A stretch of DNA of 62,808 nt, the filler included, from Phoronis australis (lineage: Eukaryota > Animalia > Phoronida), in the NCBI GenBank assembly GCA_002633005.1. It is 3 parts of 3 records of this genome, joined end to end, with 100 filler letters (N's around TTAATTAATTAA, not from the genome) between each part and the next. Parts side by side here need not be neighbours in the genome. Positions count along the whole stretch, not along the records: positions 18,399 to 49,311 come from NMRA01001284.1; positions 49,412 to 62,808 come from NMRA01001586.1; 1 more part is not named here. One strand, written 5' to 3'. The notes under the pieces are model-generated. The model was not told where the DNA came from. It saw only the letters and a list, made by a program, of their open reading frames with translations, and did no database searches. Below, one piece after another: positions 39,420-52,813 of this stretch. The position numbers and the translations under genes are program-made. The number at the start of each line of letters is the position of its first letter. The stretch's first letter is position 1.

Positions 39420-42400
39420 ATCGCCTCATTGTAGATATCGTGTTCGTACATGTATTCTACATAACACGAAATACACGCAGTACTACCGTTGTTGCTGCTG
39501 CTGTTACAAGATGATAGTTTTTATGCAACCGTTCACGATTGGTCAAACCACCATGTAGCACCTGTTTACGACTGTTTGCGATTTGTTAGTGGCAGGGAGT
39601 TTTAAACATAACCATCGACCGGGCAACAATCAGTTATGGCCTGGTGATTGTCCGCTACCACTACGATCACGGCTTTTGTGTCAGAAAGGTCTTATTAACT
39701 TGATCTTAACGGGGCAGTGTGGCTGAGTTAGCATAAGTTATTCGCAGTTTTAGGATTGCCGTGCAAGATGTTTTGAGAGTTTCTTTTGTTCTGAAATGAT
39801 AGTCCTGAAAAGATGAGCGATATCCACAAGAGATACACACGTGAAGGTGGAGCATCTTTAGAAGACCATCACTTCGGAGGACAGGACGTTTCCTCAAAAC
39901 CCTGTTTTTAATATGGATTTTTTGATTAAACGACATTGCTTTCGTCAAATATAGAGATTTTAGGCATGAATTTTTCTAGACCCTAAACGATTTTTTTGTA
40001 AGACTGGGGAAATGCTTGGCATCAAACGTTCATGACAAACTTAAGATGAGTATAAAGACTGCACAAAAACTTATACAATATTTTGGTGAATTGCTCGTGG
40101 TTATTGTGGTACACACAACCGGAAAGTGTCCACAAAAATATCTCTAGTTAACACCAAATTGATAAAAACACATGTCCTTTACGCCTATATATCAGTTTTG
40201 CAACGCCTCGCGGATGAGTCCTAGAGACTCGGTAGATAATCGCACGGTAACTACTTGTTTGCTTTCATAGTATATTCCATCTATATTTGAAGCAAGGTTT
40301 AATTTTAGCACCTTGTCCAACTTTACCTCTCTGGGCTTGAACACAAATCACAACTGTGTTGTGCGTTAACTGGCAGATGGTAAGTTACATCGACGCTCGT
40401 GTCAGTTTGTTCGTCAACTGATATAGTAAATGAAACCAATCCAGTCGTTGGATTAGAGTTCAGCCTAATAAGGTTTGCTGCCCATGCGCCTTGACTTCCG
40501 TTTGGACTGAAGAATAACTAAAATAAGCGTGTATAATGAAATAAATGACAGATCCATACACATATTTCATGGCACACACGCTAAATTTTTTACCTTGTAC
40601 ATTAAGTCATTTTAAATATCTCTTTGTGGAGGTAATTAAAATACAGATCACCAAGTAATCAATAAAATGATTATAAAACACTGTTCAAAACAATACACGG
40701 TACCGTAATATGTGACTGTCGGAGAAGTGTTCCAATCGTGTCGTAATACAACGGATTTGGTCATTGAATTCATGGAATTAAAATGAATTAAAAGCTCTTA
40801 CATGTATTTGTTTGGGGAGGTTGTCACTGTTCTTCTGCAATACTCAGTGGAAGAAACAAGTATTGGCAACAAGCTAACCAACGCACTGCGTGACAGATTT
40901 TGGTAATGAAGCAAATAAAGAGCCAGGCTGAAATACAAACTAGAATCAGTTTCTATAGACCCTGTGCTCTACTAGACACATTTGGCATGTCGGAAAATAA
41001 TTTCTATTTCGTTTCCATTGTACACAAGCATCAAAGAAATAAGTATGTCAGGAAACTGACATTATGTACATAATGTATAGAATTATAATTTATAACCTAG
41101 GTATTTCTCCACGGACGTTAGCCCTACATGTTGTCTCTACTGTCGGGGAATCTGTATGTCGGATAAAATGAACCCACCCCTCAAATATTCGAGGTGGTTT
41201 ACTTGGAGTTAAGCCACGCTGGTGATGTCATTTTCGTTTTTCTGACGACGTTTTTTGTTTTTTTATTTTTTATTTTTCGATCCTGCCTCAAGGGGTTTGG
41301 GTTAAGACCACTAAAGCCCCTCGTATGCCGCTGGATCCTCAGTTGTGGGGTTTCCGAAATACACAACTTACAATGTCCACCGAGCCACTGCAGCTGAATG
41401 TGTCGTAGGCGATTACGCGATAGCAGATGCACTGGACTAGAAAAAGCGGATGAGCGCAATATTCACCTTGTATATTATATTTTATCATAAACGTTCTGTA
41501 GCTCAATTGTTTTCATACTTTACAAGCAATGCATTGGGATATACATGTATTAAAGAAGATAAAAACAAGTATCTATTTCGAATCGCGCATTTTGTTGCTG
41601 GTTTTTTACGTAGAATAGTCCCATTGGTGGTCCTGTAGACTTCTAAGCATCAAAATAAAGGTAGTAGCCGTGTATAAAGTCGTTCACCATAGACGGCATA
41701 TTTACTCTTATTACTTCCTTGTTCCTATCCAACAAAGCCTGTTTACACTGTAGCCAAAACATCAGTTACGCGCTAATAGCTAAACACCACGGTCGGTTTG
41801 AATTTGACAACATTGACTTGCAAAAACCGGGATGGCTGCATCAAAGTTCCGATCCAATTTTCTGTTCATAATTAGCTGTAGCGTCTTGACCTCAACTCCA
41901 GGTAAGCATTTAACATATACGTGCACTTACTAGTTTTTATAATATAATGTTTAATTAATTGATCCTTCAAGCTATACAGTACTTTTCAAAAGAACCTAAA
42001 CAGAATTCAGTCAAATTTGGATAAACTCCTTATTTCAAAAACTTGTCAAACCTTTGTCTCAGTAGAATGGATTTTTTGTCGGACTCTAATCACAGTTTAC
42101 TATCACGTTAGAGTGAATAGCACCTAATTGTATAGTTGTACATGCATTTGCGAGGTAAGTTGTTGCAAGTTAGACAAATGCGTGGGGTCACACCAGCAAA
42201 GTAGTTTATCGAGAAATTAGTTGTTTTCACAGACGTACTCTAATGCAGTCGAAAAAATGTTTATGCGTCGAAGACGACGCTGTTTCAGTTAGTTTTAAAA
42301 GTACTGTGAGTCAAAACGAGCCATTAGTTATAGTAATCCTCACAGTTAAAAAGCATCAGTGTTTCTTTTAACCTTCATTACAAATAATAGAATATACAAT

Positions 42401-45084
42401 AATAAGAGTCAGCCCATACAGCACTAGAAAGCGATGGCGCAGAAATCCAGGGTGAATGAACTTACGGAGATAGCAAATCACGAATTCAAATGAGCTCAGC
42501 TCATTACTCATGCACGTCTGCGGCAAAATTAACCGTGACTTTGTCTCGCACGGCTACGACGCGAATGTCTCAGTTGTTGGATTTCTATGAAATGGCCAGA
42601 GTAAATCCTCACCGCTTGCACAAGCAAACGCAGACGAGATGCTAGAAGTAGAGTTGTCGCCCTCGAGAGGATGCACGTTTCAAACAGATTCAAATGTAAT
42701 ACACGCGATAACAATGAGTCAACGACAGAGATTTGTTGTTGTCAGGCGATACACTGGTTAATTTTTACAGGGGGATAAGCACTGAGCACGAAGTGGCCCC
42801 ATGCCGTGTGGATTTACGCACGCCGGGAGAATGAAGGTCACCATGCGAAATTCGTCTCATAGTCCAGCGAAACAAAATCCTCGAGATTAATTTTGTTGCA
42901 GATACGTATGAGCAATGAGCTGAGCCTATTTTATGGGCGGCACAGCAATTAAAAGAGTGTGTGTTTGGGGGGGGGGGTGGATGAAGTCCCCTCAGCCTCC
43001 TTGTGGTGCACCGCCTATATAGACCATGTGCGGAGTAGGACTGAAAAAGTGGGGGGTTATAGCCCCTCCAGCCCCCTACAGTGCGCCGCCCATGTATTTG
43101 AATTCGAGGTGCCTAAATTTCCGTCTGCGCTGGGTGGACAGTGATCACCAGCCAGTCTTATCATGAAACTTGTTCTGTCTGAACTTAGATCGAATTCTAT
43201 TAAACTCAAGACAAATTTCAAAATGCCTTTTTAAGATCAAAAGTAAGACCGAAATCTGTCTAGCCTATGGCCGAAAGTTCGTATGCTAGGGAACAAGACC
43301 ATAATCACTGTTAACAAGTTTCGTAAACATTTTCACAATCTAATGTCCCTAAACAAAGTCAAACTGAAGATTTTGTGCTTCGATTCGAGAACCAGCAAAG
43401 GACCGTGGAGAAAATACAGTGCAACTTCAGTAGAGGCACAATTGAAAATACATCTTGCAGGCATACCGAACGAATTCTCAGGTGTTTCCAAAACAAAAAT
43501 AAACCTCGATTTAGACTTTCAAGACCATGATTATTCTTGAAACAGTATTTTACACTTGCATCTTTAACTTTTGTGAGTTTACAACAGGAGGCGAAGTTGT
43601 AGTCTACATGATTATCTACGGCAACCGTCTACGATACCCTCGGCGAAATCTATATGTACCACTGGTACCACAATAAAAACCCGTGACAAGATTTCTTACC
43701 ATACTAACACGTATAAACACCACGGTCATTAGATACGAACTTTTTCTATTTTCGTGTGACGTTATTGTACATTACAGTCAAGTGACCTAATTATCGGACG
43801 TTTTGGCACGTTTTGCATTATATTTAATTGAAAATACTACGGATTGTTGTAAATTCTTTGCTGAAATAAAGATTTACCTTCACGGAATTGTTCTGTTACT
43901 ATATCTTGTCACTGAAAGCCACATTTATGTTCCGACTGATCTTCAAAAAACACAACAACCAAACCTAAATATCGGACACCATGTTTCTCCATACGCCACA
44001 CCGCGGAAAACTGACTAACCATGTAATGGCCGCGGGCACCTTGTCGCCAAATTTCAGCTCGAGTGTTTTGACATATATGCTGCTAGAACCCAGGTCCATT
44101 CGCAACAAAATTATCCATNNNNNNNNNNNNNNNNNNNNNNNNNNNNNNNNNNNNNNNNNNNNNNNNNNNNNNNNNNNNNNNNNNNNNNNNNNNNNNNNNN
44201 NNNNNNNNNNNNNNNNNNNNNNNNNNNNNNNNNNNNNNNNNNNNNNNNNNNNNNNNNNNNNNNNNNNNNNNNNNNNNNNNNNNNNNNNNNNNNNNNNNNN
44301 NNNNNNNNNNNNNNNNNNNNNNNNNNNNNNNNNNNNNNNNNNNNNNNNNNNNNNNNNNNNNNNNNNNNNNNNNNNNNNNNNNNNNNNNNNNNNNNNNNNN
44401 NNNNNNNNNNNNNNNNNNNNNNNNNNNNNNNNNNNNNNNNNNNNNNNNNNNNNNNNNNNNNNNNNNNNNNNNNNNNNNNNNNNNNNNNNNNNNNNNNNNN
44501 NNNNNNNNNNNNNNNNNNNNNNNNNNNNNNNNNNNNNNNNNNNNNNNNNNNNNNNNNNNNNNNNNNNNNNNNNNNNNNNNNNNNNNNNNNNNNNNNNNNN
44601 NNNNNNNNNNNNNNNNNNNNNNNNNNNNNNNNNNNNNNNNNNNNNNNNNNNNNNNNNNNNNNNNNNNNNNNNNNNNNNNNNNNNNNNNNNNNNNNNNNNN
44701 NNNNNNNNNNNNNNNNNNNNNNNNNNNNNNNNNNNNNNNNNNNNNNNNNNNNNNNNNNNNNNNNNNNNNNNNNNNNNNNNNNNNNNNNNNNNNNNNNNNN
44801 NNNNNNNNNNNNNNNNNNNNNNNNNNNNNNNNNNNNNNNNNNNNNNNNNNNNNNNNNNNNNNNNNNNNNNNNNNNNNNNNNNNNNNNNNNNNNNNNNNNN
44901 NNNNNNNNNNNNNNNNNNNNNNNNNNNNNNNNNNNNNNNNNNNNNNNNNNNNNNNNNNNNNNNNNNNNNNNNNNNNNNNNNNNNNNNNNNNNNNNNNNNN
45001 NNNNNNNNNNNNNNNNNNNNNNNNNNNNNNNNNNNNNNNNNNNNNNNNNNNNNNNNNNNNNNNNNNNNNNNNNNNNNNNNNNNN

Positions 45085-45730
45085 TACTAGTAACCTCAGA
45101 CGTTACATTATCAGCGTTGTGAGCAAGTGTGTCTACGTGCCATTGGTTCAGTAACCATAGTAAAAATTCATGGGCATCCTGTTGACTTCCGTTGCCAAGA
45201 GAGTTGTTCTGTAATCTTAGTTTATTCAAAATTTCGGACGGAGTTGATGTATACCTTTTAGTTGCTTCATATGTGTTCACAAGGATGGTTTTCATATTGT
45301 TTTTCTTGTTGATATTGTCTTTGTGCCAGTTGAGGTTGCATGAGGTTGCTTGAAGTGTAGAGTTCACAAAACACGTGTTTCCAACATTGCAAAGACCAAA
45401 TCTTTTATCTTTTGTTGATTTTTCGTTTGTCTTCCTTGATATCGGGGATGACAAAGTACATGTAGCTAATTGCGTTTCAATCACGGGCTTAGAAATGTTG
45501 CAGAGTTGCCATTCCGTAAATTGCTTGTTGTTTCTTGATAAATATATTGTATAGCTACATCTGAGAGATGTCTGAGAGGCCGTTTGGTATGTTTGTTTTT
45601 TGATTTCTTTGGGGACCTCGAGGAAATTCATTAGCTTCTTTAATGATTTGTAGATGAATCCTCTACTGCCAACTTCAACAGGGAACAGGACTGTTTGCCA
45701 TCCTGCGTTTTTACATATAGTAATATCAGA
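45085..45730 (-). mobile_element. Intronless reading frame: restriction-like endonuclease (RLE) C-terminal segment fused to a USP/C19 ubiquitin-specific protease N-terminal part; probable 5'-truncated non-LTR retrotransposon; runs into an assembly gap
   Basis: Frame open from 45784: ..ICKNAGWQTVLFPVEVGSRGFIYKSLKKLMNFL...ASQTSLRCSYTIYLSRNNKQFTEW (RLE tail pattern), linker, then GLCNVGNTCFVNSTLQA (Cys box) and QQDAHEFLLWLL. Confidence 0.75.
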
Positions 45731-46079
45731 TTTTGTAACGTATACAGTGTTTTCAAATAAATTGAAATGCTTAAGACTACCCCGTCAAGCTCAGTCCAAG
45801 GCTATGTGGGTAGCCTGTGATATAGTTATTTGCCATCGTTTCCATCACAGCTACCTTCAATGTATTCAAAATACGTCTTTTAAGACTTAAAAGTCGTTGG
45901 GTTTGCACATTTTGAACTATGGACTAGTTTTACATGTCACTCGATAATCGCTAAAAGTTCTCGATTTAGCTAGAACTAAATCGCACATTGTCTCAGGATT
46001 AGATATGTTTCAACTCCGCCCTTTAGAATAACTCAATCCATCTCGACTTCAGGCAAAGGAAAACATATTGCGAAGTAAA

Positions 46080-47350
46080 GTAGGGTATTCAATTGGCATG
46101 TTGACTTACACCAGTGTGCTGAAATTGAAAAGAGTTCCTTAAAAACGTAAGAGATATAACATGTTGGACGTTACATGACCTTTACACTAATTGACCCTAT
46201 CCGGTGCATTATAAGCATCCTTAGGAGAATTAATGCAAAGCCCACGAAAAATGTGTTTAATGCTGAGAATCACAGTTGTCTGACGGTTGACACATCAGAA
46301 TACTTGCTGTTTGAAAAGGTCAAATTTTCAGAAGAGAAATGCACCTAATGACCCCATGTTTGCACTAAATGACCTGAAACTTTGGATTCCGAATTGAATT
46401 TCCTGTGCCAATCAGACCTATGAATTTGAAGTGTCTAGCTCAAAATTTTAGTTTGCACCTAATTACCTTTGACCTATTTCGCCTGATTGGATGACCCGAT
46501 TACTTAGAAAAGTAATTTTTTGAATTATCATGTTCACTTATACCTGTGCACCGAATTTGAAAAAGATGGCTTTAAAACTGAAGGAGGAGTAGCATTTTGA
46601 AAATTATATGACCTTTGCAACAAACGACCTCTTCCGGTGCAATATGGGATATGATTATATAACCAATCAAAAGTTATATACTGTCAAAAATCATATGCAC
46701 CCAATTTGGAGTTATTAAGCCTCAAAGTTCGTCGGAAGAAGAATAAAAATGAGAAGAATAAGAATAAAATTGCAGAAAACCCAGGAACAACAGTACTCTG
46801 CGCTTACACGCGCAGAGTAATAAGAATAAGAAGAATAAAATTGAAGAAAACCCAGGAACAGCAGTACTCTGCGCTTACACGCGCAGAGTAATTATGAGCC
46901 CCGATGAGAGAGTAATTGTTAACTCGATTAAAAGTGTGGTTACTGCTAAAACTCACAGATGTTTTACTTCAAGCACTTCAGAACACAAGATGAATGAATT
47001 GGTCAAACTTTCAGAAGAAAAATGCACCTAATGACCCCATGGGTGCAAGAAATAACCTGAAAATTAAGAAATCAAACTCAATCGCACTTAGTAAACAGAT
47101 ATGTAATTTTGAAGTCCCCAGCTCAAAATTTTAATTTTGCACTCAATGACCCTTGATCTATTTTTTCTGATTAGTTATGCCTATTGCGTAGTTAGGTAGG
47201 TTGTTTAATTGGCATGTTGACTTACACTAATGTGCTGAAATTGAAACGAATTCCTTGAAAAACGTAAGAGATAAAACATGTTGAACGTTAGATGACCATT
47301 GCACTAATCAAACCTATCCGGTGCATTAAAACCTCCTTTAGGAGAATTGA
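46080..47350. repeat. Rearranged dispersed repeat with a duplicated hairpin end (HINE/Helentron-like)
   Basis: ~46080-46230 matches ~47195-47350 and ~46315-46490 matches ~47000-47170; tandem ~71-bp unit aagaataaaattg.agaaaacccaggaaca.cagtactctgcgcttacacgcgcagagtaat at ~46760-46892. Confidence 0.6.
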
Positions 47351-47512
47351 CCTATCGCCAGGATTATGACGGACGGCTTAATTGACCAATCAGAACGCAA
47401 CACTCTTGGCACACCTTCGTCTGCGTTTCCAAGCCGCCATTTTACCAGACAAACCACACGTAGTCGAGTAAAGAGTACTTTAATCTATAGCTCAAGAAAT
47501 TGTCCGCTATGA

Positions 47513-47729
47513 ATGGGGAAACGGTGTTGATATCACGTGTGTAGCACCGACAGCCGTTATGCTGCTCCAGAATAATATCCGGTCATTTTTTGGCATGTCC
47601 TAAGCCGAAAAATGATGTTGAAAAGCGTAAACTATGGATCAAACTGTACGGCCACTCGAGCAGCGGAACTTAGCGATGTTGCTTGATAACTCGATGGCTA
47701 TAATAAACACAAATATATTAGTTCCAAGA
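47513..47729 (+). pseudogene. Decayed THAP-type domain (transposon remnant)
   Basis: MGKRC*YHVCSTDSRY ... PKPKNDVEKRKLWIKLYG ... NKHKYISSK, read across frameshifts. Confidence 0.6.
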
Positions 47730-48406
47730 TACTAACTTTTCAGCTTAGTGGTGGCTATGGTGCAGGGCTATCTCAGATTTTGACTCCCGAGTTTCCTACG
47801 TCTGGCCGCCTTTGTCTCAGCACCTGCTGGATCTCAGCACTCTAGCGGTAGTCCCCGGAAATTGTTGTTTTCAATGACATTTTTATGTTATTTTATTTAT
47901 TTCAACCTAATTGACATTATTTTGTTTCGTATCAGAGGTACATTTTTGTTATTCATAAACCGTAGGCTGGCGTTCAACTGAACTTCTCTCCCGGTCAAAA
48001 TTCAGAGATTCGATCGGCACAGAGAAGGGCACTGGATTATTGCCAGAACACAAAGCCTTGGTCGAGCTGTTGTCACTATAAATAAACTGTTGAATTACTT
48101 TTTGACGTGTACCTCTAATATACAATATGTCTGTAGAGTTAGAGAGAACTCATTTTGAAGTTGTTCAAACATGATATTTAGATTGATGAAGCTTTAAAAA
48201 AGAATTTGAGTTATTTTTGTAAATACCCTATTTTTGCAACTACCACACCAGACTAGTAATCATTTGTAACCATACCACGACTTAGTGATCATGCTACCTT
48301 CAAAATTAAATGAAAGCTACCTTTATGGAACGAAACTACAAAAAATGCCAAGTTCATAAGAAGGTAGGCCTAATTTAAATGTGTTAATGGTGCAAACGGA
48401 CAATTC

Positions 48407-48889
48407 CATAGGCGGACCTGGGCGGGGGGGGGGGCAGGGGCCCCGCAAGCAAAATGAAACAGCAAGAGCGTGAGGAAATATTGAGTTCAGTAACTAGGAC
48501 CGGTAGCGGAAGAGGGTGGCTCAGACTCCATATCGCGGTGGAATCGTGTTCCTGTTTTTTTAGTCCACCGATAGATTTTCTGAACAGAAGGTCCAAAGGT
48601 CTACATCCCTGGCCCCTGCAACTTTCGGGCCGCCTGTGCACATANGAGGAAATATTGAGTTCAGTAACTAGGACCGGTAGCGGAAGAGGGTGGCTCAGAC
48701 TCCATATCGCGGTGGAATCGTGTTCCTGTTTTTTTAGTCCACCGATAGATTTTCTGAACAGAAGGTCCAAAGGTCTACATCCCTGGCCCCTGCAACTTTC
48801 GGGCCGCCTGTGCACATACAATCACAATTTGCCGAATTCCACGAGGCAACATATGTTGGGCCCCCTGTGGTATCCTAGATCCGCTACTG
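48407..48889. mobile_element. GC-rich MITE with 5-bp TSD
   Basis: cataggcggacctgg ... ctagatccgctactg; AATTC at 48402-48406 and 48890-48894. Confidence 0.7.
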
Positions 48890-48900
48890 AATTCCAGACA

Positions 48901-49311
48901 TTAAAGACGAAAGCAACCTTTTTTCATGTCATTTTTAGCAAAAATAGGGTTCGTTTATTATCCCAGACATATTTTTCACTTATTTCCAGCTTTTCGTAAT
49001 TCAATAAATTACTCGTCGTCTACTCCGGAAGTGACGTTTTGGGAGGCAAGAATTTCGCGCCAATTTCTTCAGTCGAGTCAGCCATTCTTCTACCTCGGTG
49101 GTGATAAGTTCGGTCGTCGTTTGCTCTTGTTTACGAGTCAGTCAACATGCCACGCTGTTGCTGCCAACCGAGATGTACTCATTATCGTCTCACGTACAGA
49201 GGAAGAAATGTCACACTTGCCCGAGTGTACCGTGACACACTCCCAGTGGATGGTGACTTGAGCACCCAAACTGCTTACAAAGTCCCGCCGTGCGACTCTC
49301 TCGTTACACAA
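48901..49311 (+). mobile_element. Partial, rearranged relative of the Kolobok-like element at 56024-57222
   Basis: TTAA plus a ~155-bp TIR homologue, THAP start MPRCCCQPRCTHYRLT at 49147, then a segment matching ~56197-56310. Confidence 0.8.
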
Positions 49312-50651
49312 NNNNNNNNNNNNNNNNNNNNNNNNNNNNNNNNNNNNNNNNNNNNTTAATTAATTAANNNNNNNNNNNNNNNNNNNNNNNNNNNNNNNNN
49401 NNNNNNNNNNNGCCTGTTTTAAGCAGTACAAGCAGTATATGCACTGCATAAAACTGCACAGATTCACTTCCATGAACGGGTTGGCTATCTAGCTAGTATG
49501 AAACATAGTCACGGTTTTGCTTTATAGATTTGCTAGTCTCTTGTTTTTTTTCTCAATAACTCAAACTGAATATTCCAGTTAGTGAAACTATTTAAACTTT
49601 ATGATTTAAAATACACAACCACTCCGACAAGGTATGCGCCAACGGGACACCTGTCAACGAGTTTGTTTGTTCAGACTTCGCGAGTATATTGAAGATATGT
49701 CTCGACAAACTGACCAATCTGCACTAGGTTCACATGAGTAACGAAAACGCTAGCAATTTTATTGGCTAAACTTATGCTAGCGTTTTAACCGAACAGAGGT
49801 CTTTTCGGGCAAATAGTTAGTTCGTCTCGTCACCGCCTGTGTCGCTTGTAAGCGAAATGTGATGACAAAACTCGTTCACTCCCTAGCATATAAATGAAGG
49901 CCTCTTACGCCTGCGCATCAGTAGTTTTTGAAGTGAGCGACTTGGCTACAAAAGTGCTCACGAAAACGCCAACAGTTTTGGGATAACCCAAACCTCCAGC
50001 AAACCGGTAGCGGAACTGAATTTTGCGATCGTTCAAAAAACGACAAAATGATATTTCTTCCTTAAGTGACATGTTAATAATGCGACCACCTTGATATTTT
50101 TCTATGTTCATTGATTTTGACTGAACTGTTCAGTTAGAAATTCTGGCTACCCTGTGTTGATTAATCTTTTAATGTGCCGCTGGAGTTCAACAAAGCGCCA
50201 TAGTTTAGTTTACGTCTGATAGCGGTAGCTGTTCCTATGATTATCAGAAGGAACGAAATTCTTCTGTCATACATAGATGGATTTTAATATCTTAAATACA
50301 CAGTGTAATCAAATAAACATGAGAGAATGAAGGTCAAATTATGACGAACTGAAATATTTTCCTCATGTTAAAGCGGACATACCCCCGCCTTGCCTCAAAA
50401 AGTTTGATTCACACCAGTCACTGTGATGAAGGTGGTCTTTTAAAATTGTTCCTCAGTCTAAATGGAGGTGATTTCAAGACTTCAAAAGCACTGACAGTTC
50501 GTTATTTCTTGAGATCAAGATCTACAAGTTGACTTGTCCTATCGTGTCACTTATCTACAAGGGACATTTTGAGACCATTTCCCAAAATTAATCGTCTATT
50601 AAATCAAAAGTAGCCGCTTTGAGATAGTATGAGTAAAATGACTAACATTAA

Positions 50652-52174
50652 AGGAGAATGCCACCCAAAAAAACCACCAATATTGTATCAATTTTGATCG
50701 AGTAGTTCTACTCGATAACGGCACGTTCGGTTGCGTTACCTGACACCTGACGGCAGACGAGGTGTTGAAATTATCCAATGACGTCAATGGTTTCACACGC
50801 AATCTGTTAGCAGTTTACAACACGGGTTACTGGTGTTAGCTTTAACGCTTGAATTTATCGTTAAACACCAATAAATCATCAAACTTCGATATAAAACCCT
50901 TAAAAATACACCAATTTCTTATAAAAACATGTTATTTTATTTCGCTGTTATGAATTTATTGGTATTTAGACACACCGTAAGCTACAAAGTTCGGCAGGCC
51001 AATTTACTAAGGTCCGTAGCAGGAGTTTGGGGCCTGTTCGGAAATAAGTTTTAAGTATTCTTCCGTGAAATACATACAGGAGAACTTAGATCTGTGTTGT
51101 TTAGACTTGTGATTTTTTGAGTTCTAAACACACAAAACGCTTGTTATCCCGGCCAGTAGCTCAGTCGGAACCCGATCTGGCCCGTCGCGGCCGCCGGGAC
51201 TGGCGCGAACATAAACCAGCTTGAGTTGGAAACTAAACCTCCAGTCACGAAAAGACTATAACAGTGAGCCAAAGATATAATGTGCACGTAATTATTTATG
51301 TGAATTAGCCACAAAACTGAAAATCTACTTACTTGTTGGGGGCAGCGAAGTCGGGTTCTCCTTCCCAGACCGTCAGGGCAAACGTTGTACAGTAACAATG
51401 ATTTGAATAATATATTTGTATTTCTAAATAAAGATTCCCCTAACATGTGAACATAGCATATAAAATCGAGTAATTGTTCCACAACAGCTTTCTGTCAGCA
51501 AACACTGAATTAGCATGCGCTCACACGGCCTCGATGCCCGGTCAATTACCTTTATTGCCGGCATCAAAAGCCGATAACGCAGTGGTTTATTAATTGCTGG
51601 CTTCTCAACATTTGCACTCAGCCGGCGCCAATTCCGAATATTAGTCAAGAGCTCATCCGACGAAGACTTCACGGGTCGGATCGTTAGGTTTCACAGGCTA
51701 TCAGTTCGAACTGGAATACACTGATCAAGAAATACCACAGAGGCGCCGTGAACATGCACAGGCAACCGAACGTATGGATAGTTCTTTGGTAAGCCGCAAT
51801 TCGTCTCTGTCGACGAAATGCCGGCCACAGACACGGAGAAGCTTCACGGCCTCATACTTGCTATTAACAGCGTACCTTTCATTCTTCACTACCGCGAGCC
51901 ACTTCCTAAGCATTTCGAGCTCACGAGGAAGTCGAAAAAACGATATAACCGCTTTCTTCGCAGTTTCATAGTTCGGACAAGCGGAAACGAAGCACCACAA
52001 TATAGCGACATTCACTCTGCAGACGAACCACTGTCGTCACTGCGTCGTTTCTCACCTTCCTCACAGCTTAACGCGACACCTCTCAGCAAGGTGAGGTCGA
52101 CCGTATTAGAGGCGATGTGGATATAGACCGATTAGGACGGTAAAAAGACTAATTAAACCGGGTGGCATTCTCCT
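50652..52174 (-). mobile_element. TTAA-flanked non-autonomous DNA transposon (Kolobok-like) with a THAP remnant
   Basis: Perfect 15-bp TIR AGGAGAATGCCACCC, TTAA on both sides; ORF 51725-52015 reads CFVSACPN..ISFFRLP..LRKWL..LRVCGRHF. Confidence 0.85.
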
Positions 52175-52813
52175 TTAAGCATATCGGAGGGTGATTAAGT
52201 AAGGAATTACTAATCAAAGTGGATATCGTACATTTTCCCTACATCTGTATGCAAGTACCATTGCCTACAGTTTTTTATTTTCATTTCCTTTTCTTTTCAA
52301 CTCCCCAGCTTTTAACAAAAACATTGAGGTGTTTTACGAATTCATAAAGAGGCTACGGACCCAATAGTTTTACCCGCTCACTGAAAGATGTCTGCGGCAA
52401 AAACACCCTTTTCTGTTATTATTGCGAGACTGAAAGAGTAAATAACATAGATCCACGATGCTTAGCCTTCTGCAAGCACGTCATGAAACGGAAGTTCACG
52501 AGCTTAATGTTCTTTGCATTTTTGGCCATTTATATTTGCCTGGTTCGATGAGCAAAGCGAAATGTGACAGTAATTTTTACTTGGGCAAGAAACAGCAAAA
52601 TGTATGTGTAGTTAACGTGCAACAGATAGCGACATTTAAACATCACGTCATCGGTACGTTATTACCACCTTTCTGGTGCTTCAATTAGCATAACTACGGT
52701 AAATTTTCTAGAATTCACCAATCCAACTTCATGTCTTATACAATTCTCGAAACGTACATATGTACCAAAGTGTTACGTATTAAATTTTATCTGATACGAT
52801 TCCAGAATCTACC

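Noticed and set aside
48472-48817. Apparently exact ~172-bp direct repeat producing repeated ORFs 48454-48999 and 48384-48821
   Set aside because: The copies are joined by a single N, so this is an unmerged contig overlap.
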